A DNA stretch of 53,444 nt from positions 1-53,444 of the forward strand of contig DAIRUQ010000003.1 of NCBI GenBank assembly GCA_036803245.1, read 5' to 3'. This stretch comes from Chloroflexota bacterium (lineage in GTDB: Bacteria; Chloroflexota; Anaerolineae; UBA1429). Made by a program: the position numbers and the translations under genes. This document shows, one piece after another, positions 8,664 to 16,359 of the stretch; positions within the stretch are counted from its first letter, which is position 1; each line of letters begins with the position of its first letter. The notes beneath the pieces are model-generated. The model worked only from the letters and a program-made list of their open reading frames with translations. It was not told where the DNA came from and did not search any database.

Positions 8664-9773
8664 ATGCCCACCGTCTGTGGTATTCGTTTCCGGGGCGTTG
8701 GCCGCGTGTACTTTTTTGCGCCCAAAGAGGGACTGTCTCTTGAGGAGGAGGACTCGGTCATTGTCGAGACCGCGCGTGGGCTCGAGCTAGGCCGCGTTGT
8801 CTTTGCTAGCCGCGACGTGCCCAAGAGCCAGATCGTGGGTGAACTCAAGCCCGTGCTACGAAAGGCGAACACCGAAGAGCTGCTGGACGCGGTGCGGTTC
8901 GAGCACAAGGAGCAAGCCGCTCTGGAGGCCTGTCGCGAACGAGTTGCCGAGCTCGGGCTGCCGATGAAGATCGTGGACGCCGAATACAGCTACGACGGCA
9001 GCCGCTTGACGTTCTACTTTGCCGCTGAGCAGCGCGTCGACTTTCGCGACCTGGTGCGCGATCTCGCTCGGTCGTTTGGCACGCGCATCGACCTGCGCCA
9101 GATCGGCGTGCGTGATGAGGCCAAGCTGATCGGCGGTATCGGCAAATGTGGCCGGTCACTCTGCTGCGCGACCTGGCTGACGGGGTTCGCCCCGATCTCG
9201 ATCCGCATGGCCAAGAGCCAGAACCTGCCGCTCAGCCCCTCGGAGATCTCGGGTCAGTGCGGGCGGCTCTTGTGCTGCCTCGGTTACGAGGAAGACCTGT
9301 ATCGCGCCGTGAAAAAAGAGTTCCCCAAAGAGGGGCGGACGGTCGAGACCGAGCTGGGGCCCGCCAAGGTGCTGCGGGTGGACGTGCTCTCCGAGCAGGC
9401 GCAGGTGCGCTTTGACGATGGCACGCTCATGAGCCTGACGGCCGCGCAGCTGCGGGGTGAGGAGCCGATTGTGGAGGCCGATCCCGCCAGCCTCGCCGAG
9501 GAGCAGCGCAAGGCGCTCCAATCGGTTCTGGGCGGGCCGCGGCCGGTCGAAACGTCGCCGGTGGCGACCAACGCCAAGCTCCCCTCGCAAGGTTCAGGAG
9601 ATCCTGCCCAAGAGGGTCAGGAGAGCAAGCCCCGTCGCCGCTCGCGACGGCGAAAGCCCCGCTCCGGCCAGGCTCGGGAGAGCGCGCCCGCTGATCAGGA
9701 CGGGGCGGCCTCTAGGCAGCAGCCCGGTCGACGGTCAAAGCGCCGACCCCGTCGCCCACAGAGCGAGTCTTAG
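8664..9773 (+). CDS. PSP1-domain protein (YaaT/RicT-like) with an Arg-rich C-terminal tail
   Basis: PSP1 core with Cys clusters CGRSLCCATWL and GQCGRLLCCLGYEEDLY. The last ~100 aa are low-complexity (KPRRRSRRRKPRSGQ...RRSKRRPRRPQSES). Confidence 0.85.
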   Translation: MPTVCGIRFRGVGRVYFFAPKEGLSLEEEDSVIVETARGLELGRVVFASRDVPKSQIVGELKPVLRKANTEELLDAVRFEHKEQAALEACRERVAELGLPMKIVDAEYSYDGSRLTFYFAAEQRVDFRDLVRDLARSFGTRIDLRQIGVRDEAKLIGGIGKCGRSLCCATWLTGFAPISIRMAKSQNLPLSPSEISGQCGRLLCCLGYEEDLYRAVKKEFPKEGRTVETELGPAKVLRVDVLSEQAQVRFDDGTLMSLTAAQLRGEEPIVEADPASLAEEQRKALQSVLGGPRPVETSPVATNAKLPSQGSGDPAQEGQESKPRRRSRRRKPRSGQARESAPADQDGAASRQQPGRRSKRRPRRPQSES

Positions 9774-9789
9774 CGCGAGGACTGCGTTG

Positions 9790-10635
9790 CTAGCCGGATC
9801 GCTGTCGCTCCGCGGCCAGTTGGCTGAGGGCGGCTTGTAGCTGCGCATGGCAGTGCGGGGGGACCTCGACGTCTCCCAACACGTTTTCGGGAACGACCGT
9901 CGCGCCGTGGAAATCGCTACCGCCGGTGCAGATCAACCCATGCGCTCTGGCCATCGCGACGATGCTGGCCGTTACGTCGGGCGAGTAGCCAGTATAGTAG
10001 GCTTCCAGGCCATCGAGCCCACATTCGACGAGCTCCGGCGTCACAGGCAGATGCTCGGCCGGGTGTGCCAGCACTGTTACGCCCCCAGCGCGGTGGATAG
10101 CTGCGATGGCCTCGCACGGGCCGATCTTTTCGCGAGGTACGTAGGCGGGACGCCCGTTCCCCAGGTAGCGCTCAAAGGCCTCCTGTACGGAACGCACATG
10201 CCCCGCTTCCTGTAGGGCTGCGGCGATGTGAGGACGCCCTACCGTGCCCTCGCCCGCCAGCGCGCGAACCCGATCCCAGCCGATGGGCATGCCGAGACTC
10301 GCAAGCAAGCCGAGCATTCGCTGGGCCCGCTCGACGCGCGAGCCGCGAGAGCGCGCCAAGAGCGCCTCTAGCTCCTGGTCGTCCGACGAGATGCCATATC
10401 CGAGGATGTGCAGCTCGCCCGCAGGATGGTGGGTGCTGATCTCTACGCCAGGGACGAGCGTCAGCCCCTCACGCGCCGCAGCCGCACGGGCGGGGACGAG
10501 ACCATCAGTGGTATCGTGATCGGTAATACCGAGGACGGCGATGCCGCACAAAGCCGCAAGGGCGACCAGCTCCTCGGGCGGTAGGGCGCCGTCCGAAGCG
10601 GTCGTGTGCGTATGCAGATCGATGCCAAGCGTCAT
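9790..10635 (-). CDS. PHP-domain metal-dependent phosphoesterase (TrpH/YciV-like)
   Basis: IDLHTHTTASDGALPPEELV...LGITDHDT...GGSDFHG. Confidence 0.85.
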   Translation of the reverse strand: MTLGIDLHTHTTASDGALPPEELVALAALCGIAVLGITDHDTTDGLVPARAAAAREGLTLVPGVEISTHHPAGELHILGYGISSDDQELEALLARSRGSRVERAQRMLGLLASLGMPIGWDRVRALAGEGTVGRPHIAAALQEAGHVRSVQEAFERYLGNGRPAYVPREKIGPCEAIAAIHRAGGVTVLAHPAEHLPVTPELVECGLDGLEAYYTGYSPDVTASIVAMARAHGLICTGGSDFHGATVVPENVLGDVEVPPHCHAQLQAALSQLAAERQRSG

Positions 10636-10892
10636 CGCGGCTCGATGATTAGCTTGATCGCCGTGCGCTCCTGATCGCCGATGGATACATCGGTGAATGC
10701 CGGGATGCAGATGACGTCGATCCCGTCGAGCGCCAGATAGCCGCGCGCGATGGCAACGGCCTTGGTCGCTTGGTTGACGGCACCCGCTCCGATAGCCTGC
10801 ACCTCAGCGCGGCCCTTTTCTCGGACCACGCCCGCGATAGCCCCCGCTACTGCCGTTGACCTAGAACGTGCGGATACCTTGAGGACTTCCAT
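10632..10892 (-). CDS. spoVS: SpoVS-family protein
   Basis: MEVLKVSARSRSTAVAGAIAGVVREKGRAEVQAIGAGAVNQATKAVAIARGYLALDGIDVICIPAFTDVSIGDQERTAIKLIIEPR. This aligns end to end with Bacillus SpoVS. ATG at 10890-10892 follows AAGGAGAC. 4-nt overlap with the PHP gene start. Confidence 0.9.
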   Translation of the reverse strand: MEVLKVSARSRSTAVAGAIAGVVREKGRAEVQAIGAGAVNQATKAVAIARGYLALDGIDVICIPAFTDVSIGDQERTAIKLIIEPR

Positions 10893-11120
10893 GGGAGGCT
10901 GTCTCCTTTGTGTGCTGCGACGCCAAACCAGCACGAAACGGCTCTGCAGGCTAACGGCTACAGACCGAATGGACATCTCCTAGTCTAGCTACAAGATAAC
11001 CGAAAACCCTAGCATAATCAAGGGTGTCAAGCTATGGCCAAAGTCCTGGACCTTGACGCGGACGGTCTGCGTGGCATAATTGCCGCGGTTTGATCGAATC
11101 CAGAATCAGAGGAGACTGCC

Positions 11121-12404
11121 ATGATGGACCGTGATCTCGCGCGGCGAGCTGCCTGGTGGACACACGACCGGTTCGGGATGTTTATCCACTGGGGTCTCTA
11201 TGCCCTGCCCGCCCGGCACGAATGGGTCAAGAACCGCGAGGAGATACCCGATGAAAAGTATGATGAGTACTTTTCCCGGTTTGACCCCGATCTCTACGAT
11301 CCCGAGGAATGGGCCGAGGCGGCCGCCTATGCCGGCATGCGCTATGTGGTCTTGACCACCAAGCATCACGAAGGCTTTTGCCTGTGGGATTCAGCGCTGA
11401 CCGACTACAAGGTGACCAACACCCCTTGCGGCAAGGACTTGCTGCGCCCCTTTGTGGAGGCGTTTCGCGCCAAGGGCATCAAGATCGGCTTTTACCATTC
11501 GTTGATCGACTGGCACCATCCCGATTTCACCGTCGATCGGGTGCATCCGATGCGCAACAACGAGGCAGCGCGAGCGGCCAACGCGCAAAAGGACATGGGG
11601 CGCTATGCGGCCTATCTACGAGGCCAGGTCCGCGAGCTTCTGACCAACTATGGCCAGATCGACTATCTCTTTTTCGACTTTTCCTACCCGGGCGAGGATG
11701 GCAAGGGCCGCGACGACTGGGAATCGGAAGAGCTGTTGGCGATGGTGCGTGAGCTGCAACCCAATATTCTCGTCAACGACCGTCTGGATCTGATGGACGT
11801 GCCGGGCGGCTTTGACTTTATCACCCCCGAGCAGGTGATGGTACGAAGCCAGCCAGAGATAGACGGCCAGCCGGTGCTGTGGGAGACCTGCCAGACCTTT
11901 TCCGGATCCTGGGGCTACCATCGCGATGAGGACACCTGGAAGAGCGTCAAGCAGTTGCTGGTGCTGCTCATCGATACGGTCAGCAAGAACGGCAACCTAC
12001 TGCTGAATGTCGGGCCGACCTCCAGGGGCGAGTTCGACGATCGAGCGTTGGACTGCCTGGAGGGCATGGGATCGTGGTTGCGCCGGCACGGGCGTGCCAT
12101 CTATGGCTGTGGCGCCGCGCCGGCAGAGTTCGCCGTTCCCCAGGACTGCCGGCTTACCTACAACGCGGAGACCAACCGCCTCTATGTGCATGTGCTGAAT
12201 TGGCCGATTCGCCACCTCCATCTGGACGGTTACGCCGGCCGCGTCTCCTATGCCCAGCTTTTGCACGATGGGTCCGAGGTGTTCTATAGTGCTGCGCCCA
12301 AACGGCTCTCACACTGGGAGGGCGAGAGTGGCAACCTCACCCTAGAGCTGCCTGTCCGTGAGCCCAACATCGAGGTCCCGGTGATCGAGCTCTGGCTCAC
12401 CTAG
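11121..12404 (+). CDS. alpha-L-fucosidase (GH29)
   Basis: DRFGMFIHWGLYALPA...MRYVVLTTKHHEGFCLWDS...LLLNVGP. Confidence 0.9.
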   Translation: MMDRDLARRAAWWTHDRFGMFIHWGLYALPARHEWVKNREEIPDEKYDEYFSRFDPDLYDPEEWAEAAAYAGMRYVVLTTKHHEGFCLWDSALTDYKVTNTPCGKDLLRPFVEAFRAKGIKIGFYHSLIDWHHPDFTVDRVHPMRNNEAARAANAQKDMGRYAAYLRGQVRELLTNYGQIDYLFFDFSYPGEDGKGRDDWESEELLAMVRELQPNILVNDRLDLMDVPGGFDFITPEQVMVRSQPEIDGQPVLWETCQTFSGSWGYHRDEDTWKSVKQLLVLLIDTVSKNGNLLLNVGPTSRGEFDDRALDCLEGMGSWLRRHGRAIYGCGAAPAEFAVPQDCRLTYNAETNRLYVHVLNWPIRHLHLDGYAGRVSYAQLLHDGSEVFYSAAPKRLSHWEGESGNLTLELPVREPNIEVPVIELWLT

Positions 12405-12416
12405 TCCGAGCATTGT

Positions 12417-12445
12417 TTGACGACAACTGCTCTCTTTTCTAGAAT
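12417..12445 (+). promoter_or_regulatory. promoter at the head of the redox/encapsulin block (TTGACG-17 nt-TAGAAT)
   Basis: TTGACG at 12417-12422, 17-nt spacer, TAGAAT at 12440-12445. GGAGGA at 12470-12475 precedes the ATG at 12481. Confidence 0.6.
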
Positions 12446-12462
12446 GATTATGAGATTATCAT
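12444..12462 (+). promoter_or_regulatory. AT-rich imperfect inverted repeat overlapping the -10 box (candidate Fur/PerR-family operator)
   Basis: ATGATTAT-gag-ATTATCAT. The right half, ATTATCA, equals the Bacillus Fur-family 7-1-7 half-site. The spacer here is 3 nt, not 1. It is the most AT-rich patch in an otherwise GC-rich stretch. Confidence 0.35.
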
Positions 12463-12480
12463 CTACTGTGGAGGAAACAG

Positions 12481-12948
12481 ATGCCCGAGAAGACCGTCCT
12501 AGAGAACATCCTGGGTGTGGCGATCCAGCGTGAGGAGGCCGCCGCGGCCCTGTATGCCAGCGCCGCCAAGCAGGTGGAACCCGGCCCCGTGCTCGACCTC
12601 CTGATCGAGCTCAAGCAGCAAGAGATTGGGCACAAGCTTCGCCTGCAGCAACTACTGGACAAGGGCACCTTCCGCCGCATCTCGGCTGTGCAGCGGCGCC
12701 AGGTTGAAGACCTCAAGCTGACCGACTATTTGAAGGAAGAGGCGCTGGACCCCGAGACCGACTTGCAGGGCGTGCTGATTGTGGCCGGCAAGCGCGAAAA
12801 GGCCAGCCACGATCTCTATGCCGGCCTCGCCCAGGTGACCGATGACGCCGAGGTGAACGAGCTGTTCCGCTTTTTGGCCAACGAGGAACTGGGCCACAAG
12901 CATCGGATCGAGACCATGTATGAGGAGCTGTTCCTCCAGGACAACTAG
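12481..12948 (+). CDS. rubrerythrin-like diiron four-helix-bundle protein without a rubredoxin domain ('erythrin')
   Basis: E / ExxH / E / ExxH ligand set: IQREEAAAALY, KQQEIGHKLR, KREKASHDLY, ANEELGHKHR. Confidence 0.8.
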   Translation: MPEKTVLENILGVAIQREEAAAALYASAAKQVEPGPVLDLLIELKQQEIGHKLRLQQLLDKGTFRRISAVQRRQVEDLKLTDYLKEEALDPETDLQGVLIVAGKREKASHDLYAGLAQVTDDAEVNELFRFLANEELGHKHRIETMYEELFLQDN

Positions 12949-12996
12949 GAGGAGCTCTTTCTACGCCAAGCGCACGATGACCGCAAGGAGTATGTA

Positions 12997-13161
12997 ATGG
13001 CCAAGTACGAGTGCCTCGTTTGTGGCTATATCTATGATCCCGCCGAGGGTGATCCCGACGGTGGAGTTGAGCCCGGCACGGCCTTTGAGGACATTCCGGA
13101 GGACTGGGTCTGCCCCGAGTGCGGCGCCGGCAAGGACATGTTTGAGCAGATTGAGGACTAG
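12997..13161 (+). CDS. rubredoxin
   Basis: 54 aa, below the ORF-track cutoff: [54 protein letters not shown]. It has two CxxCG knuckles. AAGGAG lies 6 nt upstream of the ATG. Confidence 0.93.
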   Translation: MAKYECLVCGYIYDPAEGDPDGGVEPGTAFEDIPEDWVCPECGAGKDMFEQIED

Positions 13162-13184
13162 CTACTAGACACCTGATCCCGCGC

Positions 13185-13217
13185 GGGCCGGTGCATCTGG
13201 CCAGATGTGACCGGCCC
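13185..13217 (+). other. long GC hairpin between rubredoxin and its reductase (no U-tract)
   Basis: GGGCCGGTgCATCTGG/CCAGATGtgACCGGCCC, read directly. It may be an intercistronic stabiliser, processing site or partial terminator. Confidence 0.45.
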
Positions 13218-13277
13218 GTGGCGGAGAGAGAAGCGAACGCGCAGTCGGCTCAATCCGCATAGGCTCCCGGAGGCGGG

Positions 13278-14516
13278 ATGAGGTTCGTCATCGTCGGGAA
13301 TGGAATCGCGGGCGTCACGGTGGCGCGCACGGCATTGCAGGGTGATCAAAATCCTGATATCACCCTGCTTTCGCGCGAGCCCTATGCCTACTATCCCCGG
13401 CCACGTCTCATAGACTTGATTGCCGGAGACGATGACCCCAGCAGTATTCAGCAGTATCCCGATGATTGGTATGCCAAGCACGGGATCCGCCAGGTTCTGG
13501 GGGCTCGCGTCACGCGGTTGGCCCCGGAGGAGCATCGGGTCTACCTGAGCGATGGCAGCACCGAGGCGTATGACGTTCTGGTGTTGGCCACGGGAGCCGC
13601 CTCATGGATGCCACCGGTGCCTGGGATCGACAGCCCCGGCGTCTTTGGCCTTCGCAACATGGCGGACGCGCTGGCTATCCGCCAACGAGCCAAGCAGGTG
13701 CGCAGTGCTGCCATCATCGGCGGCGGGCTCTTGGGGCTCGATCTGTCCGTTGCGCTAAGGGCCCACGGGCTGGATGTATCGGTCATCGAACTGCTTCCGC
13801 GACTCTTGCCCCGCCAGCTCGATGATGCGGGGGCCGAGATTCTCTGCCACGCCATGAGCGAGCGAGGTGTGGGGGTGCTCACGGGGCACCCCTGTTCTCA
13901 CATTCGGGCTGACGGCGATGGGTTGACCATCGCCCTGGAAGATGGCCCTGAGCTGCGCACCGACATGATCGTGGTGGCGGTGGGGGTTCGGCCCGAGGTG
14001 GAGCTGGCGGCGTCGGCGGGGATCGCTTGCGGGCGCGGCGTGCTGGTGGACGACCACTTGGCCACCAGCGCTGCTGATGTCTATGCTGTGGGCGACGTGG
14101 CCGAGTTCGACGGCCGCGTGTGGGGCATCATCCCTGCGGCGGTGGCACAGGCGCGCGTTCTGGGGCGGATTCTCGCTGGCGATACTGGTGCCACCTACAC
14201 GGATATCGTTCCCAGCACCACGCTCAAGGTGACGGGGATCGATTTGGCGTCGCTGGGCGAGGTCAACCCCGCCGACGAAACTGCGTACACGGCGGTGGTC
14301 AACTCCGATGAGCACGCCAACCGCTACTGCAAGTTGGTGTTGAGGCAGGGACATATCGTTGGGGCCATCGTCATGGGTGACCGCGAACGGGTCGGTCCTA
14401 TCAGTCAGTTGATCAACGAGGACGCGGACGTTTCTGGCTATGAGGAGCGCCTCGTAGCCGACGACTTTGATCTGCGAGCTTTTGTTCGAGAGCACGCCAA
14501 GGCCCACGGATCCTAG
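13278..14516 (+). CDS. NAD(P)H-dependent FAD oxidoreductase, rubredoxin-reductase-like
   Basis: Two dinucleotide folds (FVIVGNGIAG; AAIIGGGLLGLD) and a ...YAVGDVAE motif. Sits directly downstream of rubredoxin. Confidence 0.8.
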   Translation: MRFVIVGNGIAGVTVARTALQGDQNPDITLLSREPYAYYPRPRLIDLIAGDDDPSSIQQYPDDWYAKHGIRQVLGARVTRLAPEEHRVYLSDGSTEAYDVLVLATGAASWMPPVPGIDSPGVFGLRNMADALAIRQRAKQVRSAAIIGGGLLGLDLSVALRAHGLDVSVIELLPRLLPRQLDDAGAEILCHAMSERGVGVLTGHPCSHIRADGDGLTIALEDGPELRTDMIVVAVGVRPEVELAASAGIACGRGVLVDDHLATSAADVYAVGDVAEFDGRVWGIIPAAVAQARVLGRILAGDTGATYTDIVPSTTLKVTGIDLASLGEVNPADETAYTAVVNSDEHANRYCKLVLRQGHIVGAIVMGDRERVGPISQLINEDADVSGYEERLVADDFDLRAFVREHAKAHGS

Positions 14517-14558
14517 TGCAGGGCAGCAGGCCAGGTTTCGGGGTGCAAGGAGGGTACG

Positions 14559-15509
14559 ATGAGCGAGACCACCATCGCGTTGCTTCGAGAGGACATGAAG
14601 GGCGAGCATCAGGCGATTATCCAGTATCTGCGACACGCCTATGCCCTGGGGGAGACGCCCGAGGCAGCCGAGATTGAGGGCATCGCCCGCGAGGAGATGC
14701 GTCACTTTCACTGGCTGGCTGACGCCATCGTAGAGCTCGGCGGCGATCCGACAATGGAGCGCCCGCCCGTGGACGAAACCCGCGACGCCCCCTCCGTCCA
14801 GATGCTCAAGGATGTCGACCTGGAGCAACAGGCCATCGATCAATACCGCGATCACATCGAGCGCATCGATGATCCCAAGATTCGGCGGTTGCTGTCGCGC
14901 ATCCTCCATGATGAGCTGGTGCACAAGGGTGAGTTTGCCGAGTTTGCCGAGGCGCTTGAGGAGCAGCTCGCAGCCGAAGAGGGCGAGGGCGAGGCGACCG
15001 ATGCGGCTCCCAGCGCGCGGCTGGCTGAGGTCCTCAACCAAGGGGTGCAGCACGAGTATTCGGTCGTGCTCCAGTATCTCTACCATGCCTTTATGACGCC
15101 CGACAAGGAGCCTGCTGAGGAGATCGAGGATATCGCCATCAACGAGATGCAGCACCTGGGCTGGCTGGCCGAAGAGCTCTTTGAAAAGGGAGCCGACGCC
15201 AAGTTCGAGCATGGCAAGCTGGTACTCACCGATGATATCATCCAGAACCTCAAGGCCGATATCGCCATCGAGCGCGAGGTCACCGAGGACTATTCTGAGC
15301 AGATCCCCGAGTTCACGGAAGAGGATATCGTGGCCTTGGTGGAGCGGATCCGCGACCACGAGATCGATCACACGGCGGTGTTCCAGTACTTGCTGGATGA
15401 GGCCAAGGAACAGGCATCCATCGAGACGGCCGAGCCGCCCAAGGATGCCGATGAGCCCAAGGGACCGCCCAAGCCGCCTTCGGTCGGCAGCCTGGTCAAT
15501 CGCGGGTAG
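14559..15509 (+). CDS. tandem ferritin/bacterioferritin-like diiron protein with a C-terminal encapsulin targeting-peptide-like tail (putative cargo)
   Basis: Two four-helix-bundle halves, each with E/ExxH/E/ExxH. Half 1: GEHQAIIQY, EEMRHFHW, LEQQAIDQY, HDELVHKGE. Half 2: VQHEYSVVLQY, INEMQHLGW, IAIEREVTEDY, RDHEIDHTAV. Then a P/K/E-rich linker (ETAEPPKDADEPKGPPKPP) and the terminal SVGSLVNRG. The stop lies 30 nt before the shell gene. Confidence 0.85.
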   Translation: MSETTIALLREDMKGEHQAIIQYLRHAYALGETPEAAEIEGIAREEMRHFHWLADAIVELGGDPTMERPPVDETRDAPSVQMLKDVDLEQQAIDQYRDHIERIDDPKIRRLLSRILHDELVHKGEFAEFAEALEEQLAAEEGEGEATDAAPSARLAEVLNQGVQHEYSVVLQYLYHAFMTPDKEPAEEIEDIAINEMQHLGWLAEELFEKGADAKFEHGKLVLTDDIIQNLKADIAIEREVTEDYSEQIPEFTEEDIVALVERIRDHEIDHTAVFQYLLDEAKEQASIETAEPPKDADEPKGPPKPPSVGSLVNRG

Positions 15510-15539
15510 TGCATGCCGAGCATTGCAGAGGAGGATACC

Positions 15540-16313
15540 ATGAGCGACTATTTGTTGCGTGACGATGCCCCGATCAGCCCTGAAACCTGGGCCAAGGTCG
15601 ATGACATGGTGGTGACCGTCGCGAAAAAGAACCTTGTAGGCCGCAAGGTGCTCGAGATCGCTGGTCCGTTGGGCTGGGGTGTGGATGTGGCTCCGCGGTT
15701 TGGCTTTGCGGTCGACGATGATGCCTACGTGGCCGACGCGCCCGCCTATATCCAGCTGAAAGAGATCGCGGCAGAGTTCACGCTCAAGGCGCAGCACTTG
15801 GCCATGGCCGAGCAGACGCCCTATGGCCTGGATCTCGGCGCGGTAGCGATGGCTACCGTCAAGGTGGTTGGCGCAGAAGATGATCTCGTGGTGGGAGGCC
15901 TGATCAAGGCGGCCACCAAGAAAGCCGACTTGGGCGACTGGACCGCTATGGGCGGCCCGTTTGCGGCGGTTTCGCGGGGCATTGCTCTGTTGCGCAAGGC
16001 GGGCATCGACGAGCCGTACGCCCTGGTGCTCAGCCCGCTCAAGTACGCCCAGCTGGCCAGCCTCATGCAGCATGGTCGGCGTGAGCTCGCCATGGTCGAG
16101 AGCGTTGCCAAGGGTGGGATTCACCAATACGCGGACATGCCAGACGACCAGGTGCTCCTGATCGGCGCCGCGTCTTGGAATGCCGACATTGTGCTTGGCC
16201 AGGATCTGGTCACGGCCTATCTGGGCAACGAGGGCCTCGATCATCGCTTCCGCGTCTTTGAGACGGTGGCGCTTCGCATCAAGCGCTCCGACTGCGTTTG
16301 CGTGTTAGCGTAG
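15540..16313 (+). CDS. family-1 encapsulin shell protein (HK97 fold, linocin M18-like)
   Basis: MSDYLLRDDAPISPETWAKVDDMV...LVGRKVLEIAGPLGWGV...IDEPYALVLSP...GGIHQYADMPDDQVLLIGAASWNADIVLGQDLVTAYLG...FRVFETVALRI. This is collinear by eye with T. maritima encapsulin. GAGGAGGA precedes the ATG at 15540, and the ORF-track start at 15513 is likely too early. Confidence 0.92.
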   Translation: MSDYLLRDDAPISPETWAKVDDMVVTVAKKNLVGRKVLEIAGPLGWGVDVAPRFGFAVDDDAYVADAPAYIQLKEIAAEFTLKAQHLAMAEQTPYGLDLGAVAMATVKVVGAEDDLVVGGLIKAATKKADLGDWTAMGGPFAAVSRGIALLRKAGIDEPYALVLSPLKYAQLASLMQHGRRELAMVESVAKGGIHQYADMPDDQVLLIGAASWNADIVLGQDLVTAYLGNEGLDHRFRVFETVALRIKRSDCVCVLA

Positions 16314-16359
16314 CGATCCAAAGGTCCACCGAGCTGCCGCGACCATAGGAGGCGTCTCC

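Noticed and set aside
13755-16244. 829-aa minus-strand ORF, the longest in the window, spanning the reductase, cargo and encapsulin genes
   Set aside because: It is antisense to three well-supported plus-strand genes. The translation is low-complexity (runs of L, G, R, H, D) with no recognisable domain. Long stop-free antisense frames are expected in GC-rich coding DNA. No RBS or start context supports it.
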